From contig CAXXFF010000004.1 in the NCBI GenBank assembly GCA_963676835.2, positions 224,001 through 288,000 of the forward strand: DNA of 64,000 bases, read 5' to 3'. How positions within the stretch are numbered: position 1 is the stretch's first letter; the number at the start of each line of letters is the position of its first letter. Below the pieces are notes generated by a model, which did no database searches, had not been told where the DNA came from, and worked only from the letters and a program-made list of their open reading frames with translations. Source of the DNA: Marispirochaeta sp. Its GTDB lineage: Bacteria; Spirochaetota; Spirochaetia; JC444; Marispirochaetaceae. Positions 30,599-40,013 of this stretch are shown here, piece by piece. A program made the translations under genes and the position numbers.

Positions 30599-32107
30599 TT
30601 ACGATTGTAGTGCTTCCCGCTCTTTCTTTTCTCTGCGTTTATTTTTTATCACCGTGGAAACTGCAGAATAAAGACCTATCAACAGGAATCCGGCTGCAAT
30701 TGGACGTGTCAGGAAGGGAAGAAAATCTCCTTCAGTATACATGAGTCCGCGACGCAGGTTAGTCTCCGCAATAGGCCCGAGAATAAATCCGAGAATTATC
30801 GGGGGCAGAGGATAATTAAACTTGCTCATTACATAGCCGAGACTGCCGAATATCAGAATGGTTGCTACATCAAATATCCTGTTATTAACTCCATACGACC
30901 CGACGACACAAAGCGCGATTATTGCCGGAAGAAGGTAATGCTTCGGTATTCTCAAAAGCCGAACAAACATCCGCATACCGAAATATTCGGCTATAAGCAT
31001 AAACACGTTACCAACGATAAGTACGGCAAAAATAGAATATACAATATCCCCGTTTGTTTGAAAAAGCAGAGGCCCCGGCGCTATGCCGTGGATCATCAAC
31101 CCGCCGAGCAACATCGCAGTAACCGTATCTCCGGGAATACCCAGGGTCAGGAGCGGAACCAGGGCTCCACCAATAGTTGCATTGTTTGAAGATTCTGATG
31201 CAACAAGCCCATCAATACAACCGGTACCGAATTTCTCCGGATGTTTGGAACTGTTTCGAGCCGCAAGGTAAGCGATGATATTGGAAATACCACTGCCCAC
31301 ACCGGGTAGAATTCCAATACCGGTTCCTATAACACTGGACCGGACCATGTTAACAAACTGCTCTTTGAACTCTTTCAGAGACACTCCGAAGCCTTTGATA
31401 CTGAAATTGGCTACTTTCACATCCTTCATACTGACATCGGCTTCCGCAGTCTTCATAATTTCTGAGACAGCAAACAGTCCGATAAGAGCCGGAAGAAGGT
31501 TAAACCCCGCTTCAAGAGAATAAATACCATAAGTAAAACGGGGAAAAGCGTCGATTGGAGCATTGCCGACGCATGCAAGTAAAACTCCGACAAGTCCAGC
31601 AACCAGCCCCTTGCTCAGAGACTTTCCAGACAGGCTGGCAATCATGGTCAAAGAGAATAGTGCAATGGCAAAATATTCCATGGGACTGAATTTCAGAGCT
31701 ATTTTCGCCAATGGGGGAGCAATGAAAAACAAAGCAATAAACCCGATCATTCCGCCGAGAAACGAAAAGAACACTCCGATTCCCAACGCCCTGCCAGCTT
31801 CACCCCGTTCTGCCATGGGACTGCCGTCAAAGGTGGTTGCAATAGATGATGGTGTTCCCGGAATTTTAATCAGCACCGCCGCGATTAAACCTCCGGAGAT
31901 ACCACCAATGTACAAAGCAAGAAGTACAGCCATTCCCTGAACCGGACCAAGTCCGTAGGTTATGGGGAGAACCAGTGCTACAGCCATTGTAGCAGTAAGC
32001 CCGGGAATCGCGCCGAAAATAATACCGACCACAACACCCAATGCTATAAGGAATATGGTTTTTACTGTCAAAATCGCAGAAAAACCAACAATAAACATAT
32101 CAAACAT
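30599..32107 (-). CDS. tctA: TctA
   Basis: KIPGTPSSIATTFDGSPMA, ASESSNNA, LGIPGD. Confidence 0.95.
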   Translation of the reverse strand: MFDMFIVGFSAILTVKTIFLIALGVVVGIIFGAIPGLTATMAVALVLPITYGLGPVQGMAVLLALYIGGISGGLIAAVLIKIPGTPSSIATTFDGSPMAERGEAGRALGIGVFFSFLGGMIGFIALFFIAPPLAKIALKFSPMEYFAIALFSLTMIASLSGKSLSKGLVAGLVGVLLACVGNAPIDAFPRFTYGIYSLEAGFNLLPALIGLFAVSEIMKTAEADVSMKDVKVANFSIKGFGVSLKEFKEQFVNMVRSSVIGTGIGILPGVGSGISNIIAYLAARNSSKHPEKFGTGCIDGLVASESSNNATIGGALVPLLTLGIPGDTVTAMLLGGLMIHGIAPGPLLFQTNGDIVYSIFAVLIVGNVFMLIAEYFGMRMFVRLLRIPKHYLLPAIIALCVVGSYGVNNRIFDVATILIFGSLGYVMSKFNYPLPPIILGFILGPIAETNLRRGLMYTEGDFLPFLTRPIAAGFLLIGLYSAVSTVIKNKRREKKEREALQS

Positions 32108-32118
32108 CGCAGCACCTC

Positions 32119-32604
32119 CTATCCAAGAAATCCAGCGGGTAAGCGCAGCTGAAAAGCATACACAAAAACAAAGTACACCACGACCGACATAGCTGTAGCT
32201 GAAATTATCATTGCCGGAAAATTGCGTTCATCTTTGTGCATCAAAATAAAAAACTGTGCAAAGAGATACAAAGCAGTCATAATCATAAAGCCGACGGATT
32301 CAAGAAAAAGAATATATACAAACATTGCGATCAGGGTGGCAACCACAGCCCGGACACGAACATTTTCAGAGGGTTTTCCCCCATTTATTTCTTGTGTTTC
32401 TTTTAAAAGCTTAAGGTTCTGTATCCCATTTATCAGGATAATAATTCCAAGAACTCCCAGTGAAATAGCAACAATCTGCGGAACAAAAGCCGGACCGATT
32501 TTTGATACGGTTAGCCTTTTAAAGGTGAAGCTGGTCAACATAATTGCCAAAGAGACGAGAATAATAACGCTCCCTGAAATTATGTCTCCGTATTTCTTTA
32601 TCAT
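32119..32604 (-). CDS. tctB: TctB
   Basis: GPAFVP, LPAGFLG C-terminus. Confidence 0.9.
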   Translation of the reverse strand: MIKKYGDIISGSVIILVSLAIMLTSFTFKRLTVSKIGPAFVPQIVAISLGVLGIIILINGIQNLKLLKETQEINGGKPSENVRVRAVVATLIAMFVYILFLESVGFMIMTALYLFAQFFILMHKDERNFPAMIISATAMSVVVYFVFVYAFQLRLPAGFLG

Positions 32605-32679
32605 ATCTATCTTCCTATGGATAAAACACCGCGCACCATTATTGGTGCGCGATCAGAATAATTCAGTACGGAAAGACTG

Positions 32680-33657
32680 TTACTGCATGCTTTTAAAAGT
32701 CTCGGTAAACAGGTCTTTGATCTTTTTGAATTCAGCCTTACCTTCATCTGCGTCCATAAAGAAAGGTGCCTGAAGATAAGCCTTTTTGATTTCTTCCGCA
32801 TATGCGTCGTTTGTAGTGACAATTTTCTCTACAGCTGCAGACAGCGTGTCGAGCACTTCCTGGGGAGTCCCTTTGGGAAGGAAGAAGGTATACATCATCG
32901 GTACTACAATATCGTATCCCTGCTCTTTAGCAGTGGGGAGATCAGGAATCAAAGGGTTACGCTCATTCAGCAATAACGCAAGAGGCTTCATATCGCCGGA
33001 CTGAATAAAAGGCAGGATACTGCCATATGCATTGGGAATCAGATCAAGCTGTCCGCCGGCAAGAGCAGCACGCCGGTTAGCTCCGCCGCCCACATCAATA
33101 ATATTAAGATTAGCTCCTGCATTCTTCAGGAGGGTAGTCTCCATCTGAGTAAGAGAACCAACGGTACCGGCAGCTTTCAGTTTATTGCTTTTGCTGTATT
33201 CAACAAGTTCATCAAGCGTATTATAGGGAGCATCGGCAGCTACAGTAAGAACATCCGCATTAACTGCACCCACACACGCCATCTCAAAGTCTTCGAAACC
33301 AAAATCAACAACACCAGAAACTTCAGTCATAATCATATTGGTGTGGTTAAGCAGAATAGTATATCCATCAGGATCAGAATCTTTAACTTTTCTCGACGCA
33401 ATGGTTCCGCCGCTTCCGGCAATGTTGGTAACAGCAAAGGGAACGCCAAGCTCTTTTTCAAGATACTTTGCGAAGGTTCTTGTGTTAAAATCAGTATCTC
33501 CACCCGCACCATAAGGGACGACCAGTGTCACAGACTTTGCAGGCCAGGCTTTTTCTCCGCCACCTTCCTTGGAACCTTCTGCCCATCCTGTCATCGCAAG
33601 ACCGATAACCATCAGAAGAACAACCATCACAGACACGATTCTTTGTTTTTTCTTCAT
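32680..33657 (-). CDS. tctC: TctC substrate-binding protein
   Basis: WPAKSVTLVVPYGAGGDTD, PDGYT; ATG 33657 after AAGGAG. Confidence 0.93.
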   Translation of the reverse strand: MKKKQRIVSVMVVLLMVIGLAMTGWAEGSKEGGGEKAWPAKSVTLVVPYGAGGDTDFNTRTFAKYLEKELGVPFAVTNIAGSGGTIASRKVKDSDPDGYTILLNHTNMIMTEVSGVVDFGFEDFEMACVGAVNADVLTVAADAPYNTLDELVEYSKSNKLKAAGTVGSLTQMETTLLKNAGANLNIIDVGGGANRRAALAGGQLDLIPNAYGSILPFIQSGDMKPLALLLNERNPLIPDLPTAKEQGYDIVVPMMYTFFLPKGTPQEVLDTLSAAVEKIVTTNDAYAEEIKKAYLQAPFFMDADEGKAEFKKIKDLFTETFKSMQ

Positions 33658-33725
33658 GCTACACTCCTTATTTTTTATCTGCATACGCAGATATTTCCTT
33701 ATTTATCCCCGATGCGGGGCTTGCA

Positions 33726-34601
33726 TCATCGATATAACTTGAAAGCGGCCTCGAGGGCTGTATCTATTTTTTTATTGGCACCCGCCACCGGTCCCCGTGC
33801 AGGACCTACGGGATATCCCAGCAGATTCATAGCCCGTTTGACCACGGAATTGGGATTCCCCATGGCCATTACATCCCTGAAAGGACGCAGTCTGATCTGC
33901 AGTTCCATCGCTTCGTCCACTTTCCCCTCTTTCCAGAGATTGTAGACACCAATTGAAAGCTCCGGAAAAACATTGGCGGTACCGGCAATAGCCCCTTTTC
34001 CGCCGGCCAGGAGGGTCCAGAGAATCAGTGAATCATTGCCAGCCAGAACTGCAAGCCTGGGGTCGGTATCCTCAACATAGCGCAGGGTGTTGTCAAAATT
34101 GCCGCTGGAATCTTTTACACCAACTATATTCTGAAACTCGCTGAGCCTTTTTACGGTTGTATAGTGGATATTGTTTCCGGTACGGCCGGGTATGTTGTAG
34201 ATAATAATTGGAAGATCCGTAGACTTTGCAACTTCGCTGAAATGATAGTAGATATCATCCTGAGTAACTGCCACATAGTATGGAGATACAACAGAAAGCG
34301 CATCTACACCAATCTTTTTTGCCTGTTCCGACAACCAGATAGTCTCCCTGGTGCTGATACATCCGGTACCTGCATACACAGGAACTCTGCCTGCGGTTTC
34401 ATCAACACATATTTTAAGGATATCAAGCTTTTCTTGAGTTGTAAGCGCGTAGAACTCACCATTCGTACCTAACGGGAACAGGCCTGCAATACCTGCATCG
34501 ATCAATCTGTTGATCTGAACACGAAACTCCTTCTCGTTTACAGATTCATCATTATGCATGGGAGTAATAATCGGTGATATAATTCCTTCAGGTTTCAGCA
34601 T
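33726..34601 (-). CDS. DHDPS/NAL-family class I aldolase
   Basis: GTNGEF, IYNIPGRTG, GVKDSSGN. Confidence 0.9.
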   Translation of the reverse strand: MLKPEGIISPIITPMHNDESVNEKEFRVQINRLIDAGIAGLFPLGTNGEFYALTTQEKLDILKICVDETAGRVPVYAGTGCISTRETIWLSEQAKKIGVDALSVVSPYYVAVTQDDIYYHFSEVAKSTDLPIIIYNIPGRTGNNIHYTTVKRLSEFQNIVGVKDSSGNFDNTLRYVEDTDPRLAVLAGNDSLILWTLLAGGKGAIAGTANVFPELSIGVYNLWKEGKVDEAMELQIRLRPFRDVMAMGNPNSVVKRAMNLLGYPVGPARGPVAGANKKIDTALEAAFKLYR

Positions 34602-34642
34602 TTTTTTCTCCTTCCTTATTTAGGTGTAAACAGATTCCTTAT

Positions 34643-35620
34643 TCAGTTTTTCTTCCAGCGGGGATGATCGTAAGCCTGGGGATTAACCACATGAGGCCAG
34701 CGCACACCGGCGATTACCGCCATTACCCCCTCAGCACAGCGGCTGGCCATACGCGAAACAGCTTCCTGCGTCTGTGCCGCCATATGGGGTGTTACAATTA
34801 CGTTATCAAGGGTAAACAGACGGTTATCAGCGGCGGGCGGCTCGGTATTAAAGACATCCAGGGCGGCTCCGGCAATTTCCCCTGAAGAGAGTGCCTCATA
34901 TAATGCATCCTCATCCACGATGCCGCCCCTGGAACAGTTAACCAGAAGAGCACTGGTCTTCATAAGATCAAGCTCCTGCTTTCCGATCATATTCCTGGTT
35001 GAATCAAGAAGAGGTACATGTATGGATACAATATCTGAGTCTTTCAAAAGATCACTAAGATTAGAAACCGGGATGTATCCCAATGCTTTAATATCTTCCG
35101 GGGGAATTACCGAATCATAAACTGAAACAGTCATACCCAGTCCTGAAGCAAGCCGGGCGGTCTCTTTCCCGATATTACCCAGGCCGACCAGCCCCAACTG
35201 TTTTTTATCCAGCTCAAAGGCCTTATAGCGGTTTCGGGCCTGAAAGTTTCCCTTTCTCAATTCCCGGTCGCAAAAAAGGATATCCTTGGAAAACATCATC
35301 ATCATGGCTACTGCGTGTTCGGCAACCGAGAGGGTATTGGCGCCGGGGGTAACCACAACAAGAATACCCGCTTCGGTAGCGGCATCCATATCAATATTGT
35401 CATACCCGACACCGGGCCTGCCGATAACTTTCAGCTGCGGTGAAGCCTCAATCACTTTTCTGTCAATGGTACCGATCCGAATAATCAGCCCGTCCTGGTC
35501 CTTTATCTCGTCGGCAGTCACTTCCGGCGTTTTCTTATCCAGATTTACAAGAAAACCGTCTTTTTCTATAACAGCGATTCCGTCGTCATGAAGCTTCTGT
35601 GTTACAGCAACTTTAACCAT
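34643..35620 (-). CDS. D-isomer-specific 2-hydroxyacid dehydrogenase (SerA-like)
   Basis: RPGVGYDNID, GLGNIG, VNCSRGG, DVFNTEP, TPHMAA; ATG at 35620. Confidence 0.9.
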   Translation of the reverse strand: MVKVAVTQKLHDDGIAVIEKDGFLVNLDKKTPEVTADEIKDQDGLIIRIGTIDRKVIEASPQLKVIGRPGVGYDNIDMDAATEAGILVVVTPGANTLSVAEHAVAMMMMFSKDILFCDRELRKGNFQARNRYKAFELDKKQLGLVGLGNIGKETARLASGLGMTVSVYDSVIPPEDIKALGYIPVSNLSDLLKDSDIVSIHVPLLDSTRNMIGKQELDLMKTSALLVNCSRGGIVDEDALYEALSSGEIAGAALDVFNTEPPAADNRLFTLDNVIVTPHMAAQTQEAVSRMASRCAEGVMAVIAGVRWPHVVNPQAYDHPRWKKN

Positions 35621-35984
35621 CTTTACGTCCGCCAATAATGGTATTCACACGATCAATCAGACCACACTCAAAGCCGGGCTTGCGCCAATCTGCCGAGGTT
35701 TTATCCGCGGCACTGATCTGTGTTATGTATTCGATCTCTTTAAAAGAATGTCTCATATGGTAACGTTTACATATTTTAACAGCAGAGTCCGCTTTTGCAT
35801 AACTAGTTTTTGAATCCGCAAAAATTGATGATAGTGACACAGGAAACAAATCAATAGCAGCATATTCGACGGTTTTCATCCCTTTCAGATCAGAAAACAT
35901 AGTTCTACCTACGTTCTTTGCCTCTACTCTCCAGTACCCGGCTTCAACAAACTCTTCTTCTTTGAAACAAACACTGATTTCCAT
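35613..35984 (-). CDS. Hypothetical protein (about 123 aa)
   Basis: ATG at the predicted sigma54 start site; stop overlaps the next ATG (ATGGTTAA); no recognisable family. Confidence 0.4.
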   Translation of the reverse strand: MEISVCFKEEEFVEAGYWRVEAKNVGRTMFSDLKGMKTVEYAAIDLFPVSLSSIFADSKTSYAKADSAVKICKRYHMRHSFKEIEYITQISAADKTSADWRKPGFECGLIDRVNTIIGGRKDG

Positions 35985-35995
35985 ATATGCATAAA

Positions 35996-36011
35996 AGCAA
36001 ATAGCATGCCA
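35996..36011 (-). promoter_or_regulatory. sigma54 -24/-12 promoter
   Basis: Minus strand TGGCATGCTATTTGCT (GG-N10-GC). Confidence 0.82.
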
Positions 36012-36216
36012 AACATGGTAACGTTTCCACCTCGCTTCACTTTTTCGTATAATAAATTCGGACAAGAAGAATACAGAATTAACAAGTTACTTTTATTTCT
36101 TTATTTACAATAGATTTACGCAGACAACAGAGAAAGCGGAAAACCAATAAATATATAAATATTTTATTATTCATCCCGATTTTTCAACAAATATCCCAGC
36201 TGACATGGCATAAAAA

Positions 36217-36253
36217 TGGCGAATATTTCGCCACCATGGTAGAATTATCTCCA
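36217..36253. promoter_or_regulatory. Tandem enhancer (UAS) pair TGGCGAATATTTCGCCA / TGGTAGAATTATCTCCA
   Basis: Two 17-bp TGG-N11-CCA sites 20 bp apart, about 206 bp upstream of the sigma54 promoter; same arrangement at 40217. Confidence 0.7.
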
Positions 36254-36282
36254 CATGAGAATCTTCCGTTCAAAACAGGTAG

Positions 36283-36311
36283 AAAAAAACAGGACCGCTG
36301 CTGCGGCCCTG
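36283..36311 (-). terminator. Intrinsic terminator of the kinase-pdxA-ADH operon
   Basis: CAGGACCGC/GCGGCCCTG stem followed by a U-tract on the minus strand. Confidence 0.65.
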
Positions 36312-36389
36312 CTTTACAGTTCATTTCTTTTGTTCAGACGGACTAAAGGCTTACAGAAGTGTCCATGCTGAAATTATATCCGTTCCTAC

Positions 36390-37541
36390 CTACTTTATTC
36401 TCTCATACAGAGCCTTAATATCCTGAAGACTGATTGCTTTGGGGTTATTATTCAGAAGCCTCTTCACCTGAAATGCAGCTTCGGACAGCTCCGGAATCGC
36501 ATCGGGCTTGATTCCGAACTCGGTCATACTGGTGGGAATCTGAATCTCATCGATCATCTGACGCAGATGGGCAATATAGGCATCGACTGAATCCACACCG
36601 CAAACTGATGCGGCTTTTATCAGCTTGTCCTGAATGGCGTCTTTGTTAAAATCCATTACCGGAACCAGCAGAATAGCATTGGAAACGCCGTGGGGAATGC
36701 GGTAGCGACCGCCCAGGGGATAGGAGAGTGCATGAACAGCGGTTGTTCCCGAAGAGGCAATGGCCATACCGCCATAGAAAGACCCCAACAGCATGTCTGC
36801 CCGGGCCTTCATATTGTCACCGTTTTTCACAGCATCCCGTATAGCACAGTCTATAAGGCGGATGCCCTCAAGGGCAATTACATCACTGTATGGATTTGCC
36901 TTATTTGATGTGTAGCATTCAATACAATGACAGTAGGCATCCACACCGGTGGATGCCGTCAGCTTCGGAGGCAGAGACCTGGTCATCAGTGGATCGAGAA
37001 TAACAAAATCAGGCACAAAATAGGGGCTTACAACACCCACCTTCATCTGCTGCTCTTTCAGGGCCACAATGGAATTGGGTGTTGCCTCCGCACCGGTACC
37101 TGCAGTGGTGGGAACCATTACGCAGGTAATTCCCGGTCCGGGAGAGCCTGATTCCATGAGCGTCGCAATCGACCCACCCCACTTGAGCAGAATTGAAAGG
37201 AATTTGGCAGTATCCAGAACACTGCCGCCGCCGACGGCCACAATGGCCTGGATATTTCTGCTGCCGAGCCCGGATGCCAGGGATTCAATGTCCTCAGAAT
37301 AGGGCTCCTGAGGCACCGTATCTATAAGATCAACGGTAAAACCGTCGGATTCAATGGCTGAGGCTATTCCCTGAGGGATTCCGGATCCGCCGATGCCTTT
37401 GTCGGTAAGAACAAGGATCGTGCCTTTTTTCAGAGCATCAGACTGAGATCCCAGGATTTCGCCGATTCTGGAAGCTTCTCCCTCACCGAAATAGACGCTC
37501 CGGGGAGCAAGAAACGAAAAGTTCTTCAGTACACTCATCAC
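36390..37541 (-). CDS. Iron-containing alcohol/aldehyde dehydrogenase
   Basis: AVGGGSVLDTAK, PTTAGTGAE, DAYCH, HALSY, PHG metal ligands. Confidence 0.92.
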   Translation of the reverse strand: MMSVLKNFSFLAPRSVYFGEGEASRIGEILGSQSDALKKGTILVLTDKGIGGSGIPQGIASAIESDGFTVDLIDTVPQEPYSEDIESLASGLGSRNIQAIVAVGGGSVLDTAKFLSILLKWGGSIATLMESGSPGPGITCVMVPTTAGTGAEATPNSIVALKEQQMKVGVVSPYFVPDFVILDPLMTRSLPPKLTASTGVDAYCHCIECYTSNKANPYSDVIALEGIRLIDCAIRDAVKNGDNMKARADMLLGSFYGGMAIASSGTTAVHALSYPLGGRYRIPHGVSNAILLVPVMDFNKDAIQDKLIKAASVCGVDSVDAYIAHLRQMIDEIQIPTSMTEFGIKPDAIPELSEAAFQVKRLLNNNPKAISLQDIKALYERIK

Positions 37542-38560
37542 ACCATCCTCACGCCGTACTCGATAGCCTGCAGCATACTTTCCGGGTTCGCACGGCCTTC
37601 ACCGGCTTTTCCGAAGGCAGTTCCGTGATCCACGGAAGAACGGATTATCGGCAGCCCCAGGGTTATATTCACGCCGCTCATGGAGAGCCAGGTGTTGGTG
37701 GCGCGATCGTAGTTGAATCCCGCCAGCTTGGTGGGGATGTGTCCCTGATCATGGTACTGCACCACAACAATGTCAAACTGTCCGCCTTTCATCTTGGAGA
37801 AAACCGTATCCGGAGGAAGCGGCCCCTCAACGGTCATCCCTTCCGATACTGCCTGTTCAATTGCCGGGATAATTTCATCAAACTCTTCCCGGCCGAACAT
37901 GCCGTTTTCTCCCGCATGGGGGTTAAGGCCTGCCACAGCAATCCGGGGCTTTTTTATGCCGAGCTTCTTCAGGGCATCGTCAGCGAGTTTAATCACCCTG
38001 TAGATCCGATCCTTCTTACAGCGGTTGATCGCCTCCTGAAGGGAAACATGGGTGGAGACATGAACAACCCGAAAATCCCCTTCTGCCAGCATCATGGCGT
38101 AATCTTTGGTGCCGGTTTTTTTTGCATAGATTTCCGTATGCCCCGCCTCATGAACCCCGGCCGCGTTGATGGCTTCCTTGTTTATGGGACCGGTGATGGT
38201 GGCATCAATCTCTTTAGCCATGGCAAGTTCTATAACCTTCTCGATGTATTCATAACTTGCTTTACCGGTCATGGCTGCAACGGTCTTATATTTGAGCTGG
38301 CTCATATCGACATTCTTCATATCAAGGACATCAATAGTGCCAAACTCATACTTGCCCTCCGCCGGGGATGACACCGCATTGGTCTCAAGGGAAAGCCCTG
38401 AAAACTCTATTGCGGCCTTCATTACCTTAAGATCACATACGGCCAAGGGCCTGCAGATATCGTATACATGTTTTTCATTCAACGCCTTGGCGGTTATCTC
38501 GGGCCCTATTCCGGCCGGATCGCCTACACTGATACCCAAAATTGGAAGTTTATTACTCAC
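37538..38560 (-). CDS. pdxA: PdxA2-type 4-phospho-D-threonate/erythronate dehydrogenase
   Basis: GDPAGIGPEI, GHTE, STHVSL, GLNPHAGE, YHDQGHIP, RSSVDHGTAF; adjacent to a DUF1537 kinase. Confidence 0.92.
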   Translation of the reverse strand: MSNKLPILGISVGDPAGIGPEITAKALNEKHVYDICRPLAVCDLKVMKAAIEFSGLSLETNAVSSPAEGKYEFGTIDVLDMKNVDMSQLKYKTVAAMTGKASYEYIEKVIELAMAKEIDATITGPINKEAINAAGVHEAGHTEIYAKKTGTKDYAMMLAEGDFRVVHVSTHVSLQEAINRCKKDRIYRVIKLADDALKKLGIKKPRIAVAGLNPHAGENGMFGREEFDEIIPAIEQAVSEGMTVEGPLPPDTVFSKMKGGQFDIVVVQYHDQGHIPTKLAGFNYDRATNTWLSMSGVNITLGLPIIRSSVDHGTAFGKAGEGRANPESMLQAIEYGVRMV

Positions 38561-38689
38561 ATATCTCTCCTTGAAGAATGATTTATTATTGAAGTTGAAA
38601 GCAGCTGTGATATTTACACGCTGCAGGATATTTCCTCTGTTCAGACTATCACAGAACAGGGCCCCTTTCCCCTACCCTATCGACCCCTA

Positions 38690-39985
38690 TCAAGACGATT
38701 TCCCTGTGGTAAGATATTCAAATATCTCAACCAGGGTAGTGTCGGTACCGAAGCCTCCGGCTTTGGACACAAGATACACTGGTTTATCTGAATAAGAAGT
38801 TAAAAAGCGGCCGAGGGGTATGCCCGGAAGAACTTCCGTCAAAAGCTCGATTCCCTTTAACCCCAGAGCCTCGGCAGTGCGGGCGGCAGTATCTCCACCG
38901 GTAACAAAAAGCGCTCTTATATCCCTGACTTTAAATACCTCGGTTACAAGTTTGCCGAGAAACCCGGAAACTACTCGCCCGAGCTCTTTCTCATCCAACC
39001 CATTTTCCCGGGCTATCGTCAGGGTTTTAGCCATCTCCCCCGGATCATTACGGGTCTCTATCAATATTGCATAATCAGCAGGAACCTGTTCCAGCATAAG
39101 AGATAGACGCTTCAATTCCCAGCCCCTGTCCTCCAGCAATCCCGGAATAGCAACTGTAATACATGCAGTTTTACTTTGATCTTTCAGGTATTCAACCTGC
39201 CGTTTGCTTGTTTCTGTCACACTGCCAACAAGAAAAAGCAGCTCACCCGGATTCACTCCACGAACATCCTCTAATCGTGATGTACCGGCTTCACCCCCGG
39301 TCATTGCTTCTGCAAGACCCGAAGCACCAACAAAGAGAATGGAATCGTCATCTTTAACAGAAGCAATAATGCGGAGGTCATCAATACTCTCTGCATCAGC
39401 AACTATTACCCGGCAGCCTTTTCCGAGCAGATCCTGCATACCCTGCAAAAAATCTTCCGGGCCCTTTCTAATACGCGACAGTTCAATATGCCCTACTTCC
39501 CCGGGAAAGCGGGATTCAAACAAAGCCGGAACAAACGAGTCTTTGACGGGAGTAAACACATCTGCATTCCGCCCCGATGAACCTACAGAATGACCGTCGA
39601 TGAGGCAGTGCCCGGAGACAACAGTTCTGTGATTTCTGGGTGCAGATGGAGCAACAACGGCACATGAATATCCGGCTTCATCCATCATTCCTGCAACTTC
39701 ATCCGCAATGTTTCCACGAAGAGTAGAATCAATTTTTTTGAAGAAATACCTGGCGCCGAATTCCCGGCATTTCCGCACTGCTTCACGCACTGCCCTGTAG
39801 CTCTCGTCACCATCCATAAAGCGCGATTCCGTACTGACAACCAGGACATTGCAGGATTCCAGATCTGTTCCAGCCTCCCAACCTTCTATACCAAGGAAAG
39901 CGTTAAAACCATTGCGCCGAAACTGTATAGCCGAGTCTCCTGCGCCGGTAAAATCATCTGCAATAATACACAAGTCGAATGCCAT
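38690..39985 (-). CDS. Four-carbon acid sugar kinase (DUF1537, DtnK/DenK/OtnK family)
   Basis: IADDFTGAGD, FKKIDSTLRGN, TGGDTA, SKAGGFG. Confidence 0.93.
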   Translation of the reverse strand: MAFDLCIIADDFTGAGDSAIQFRRNGFNAFLGIEGWEAGTDLESCNVLVVSTESRFMDGDESYRAVREAVRKCREFGARYFFKKIDSTLRGNIADEVAGMMDEAGYSCAVVAPSAPRNHRTVVSGHCLIDGHSVGSSGRNADVFTPVKDSFVPALFESRFPGEVGHIELSRIRKGPEDFLQGMQDLLGKGCRVIVADAESIDDLRIIASVKDDDSILFVGASGLAEAMTGGEAGTSRLEDVRGVNPGELLFLVGSVTETSKRQVEYLKDQSKTACITVAIPGLLEDRGWELKRLSLMLEQVPADYAILIETRNDPGEMAKTLTIARENGLDEKELGRVVSGFLGKLVTEVFKVRDIRALFVTGGDTAARTAEALGLKGIELLTEVLPGIPLGRFLTSYSDKPVYLVSKAGGFGTDTTLVEIFEYLTTGKSS

Positions 39986-39997
39986 GCTAATTAACAA

Positions 39998-40013
39998 AGC
40001 AAAAATGGTGCCA
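39998..40013 (-). promoter_or_regulatory. sigma54 -24/-12 promoter
   Basis: Minus strand TGGCACCATTTTTGCT (GG-N10-GC), 13 bp before ATG 39985. Confidence 0.85.

Noticed and set aside
26922..38560. dapA (lysine), serA (serine) and pdxA (vitamin B6) biosynthetic roles
   Set aside because: The aldolases have GSNGE/GTNGE rather than GTTGE, the dehydrogenases lack the ACT domain, and pdxA is paired with a DUF1537 kinase; the context is catabolic.
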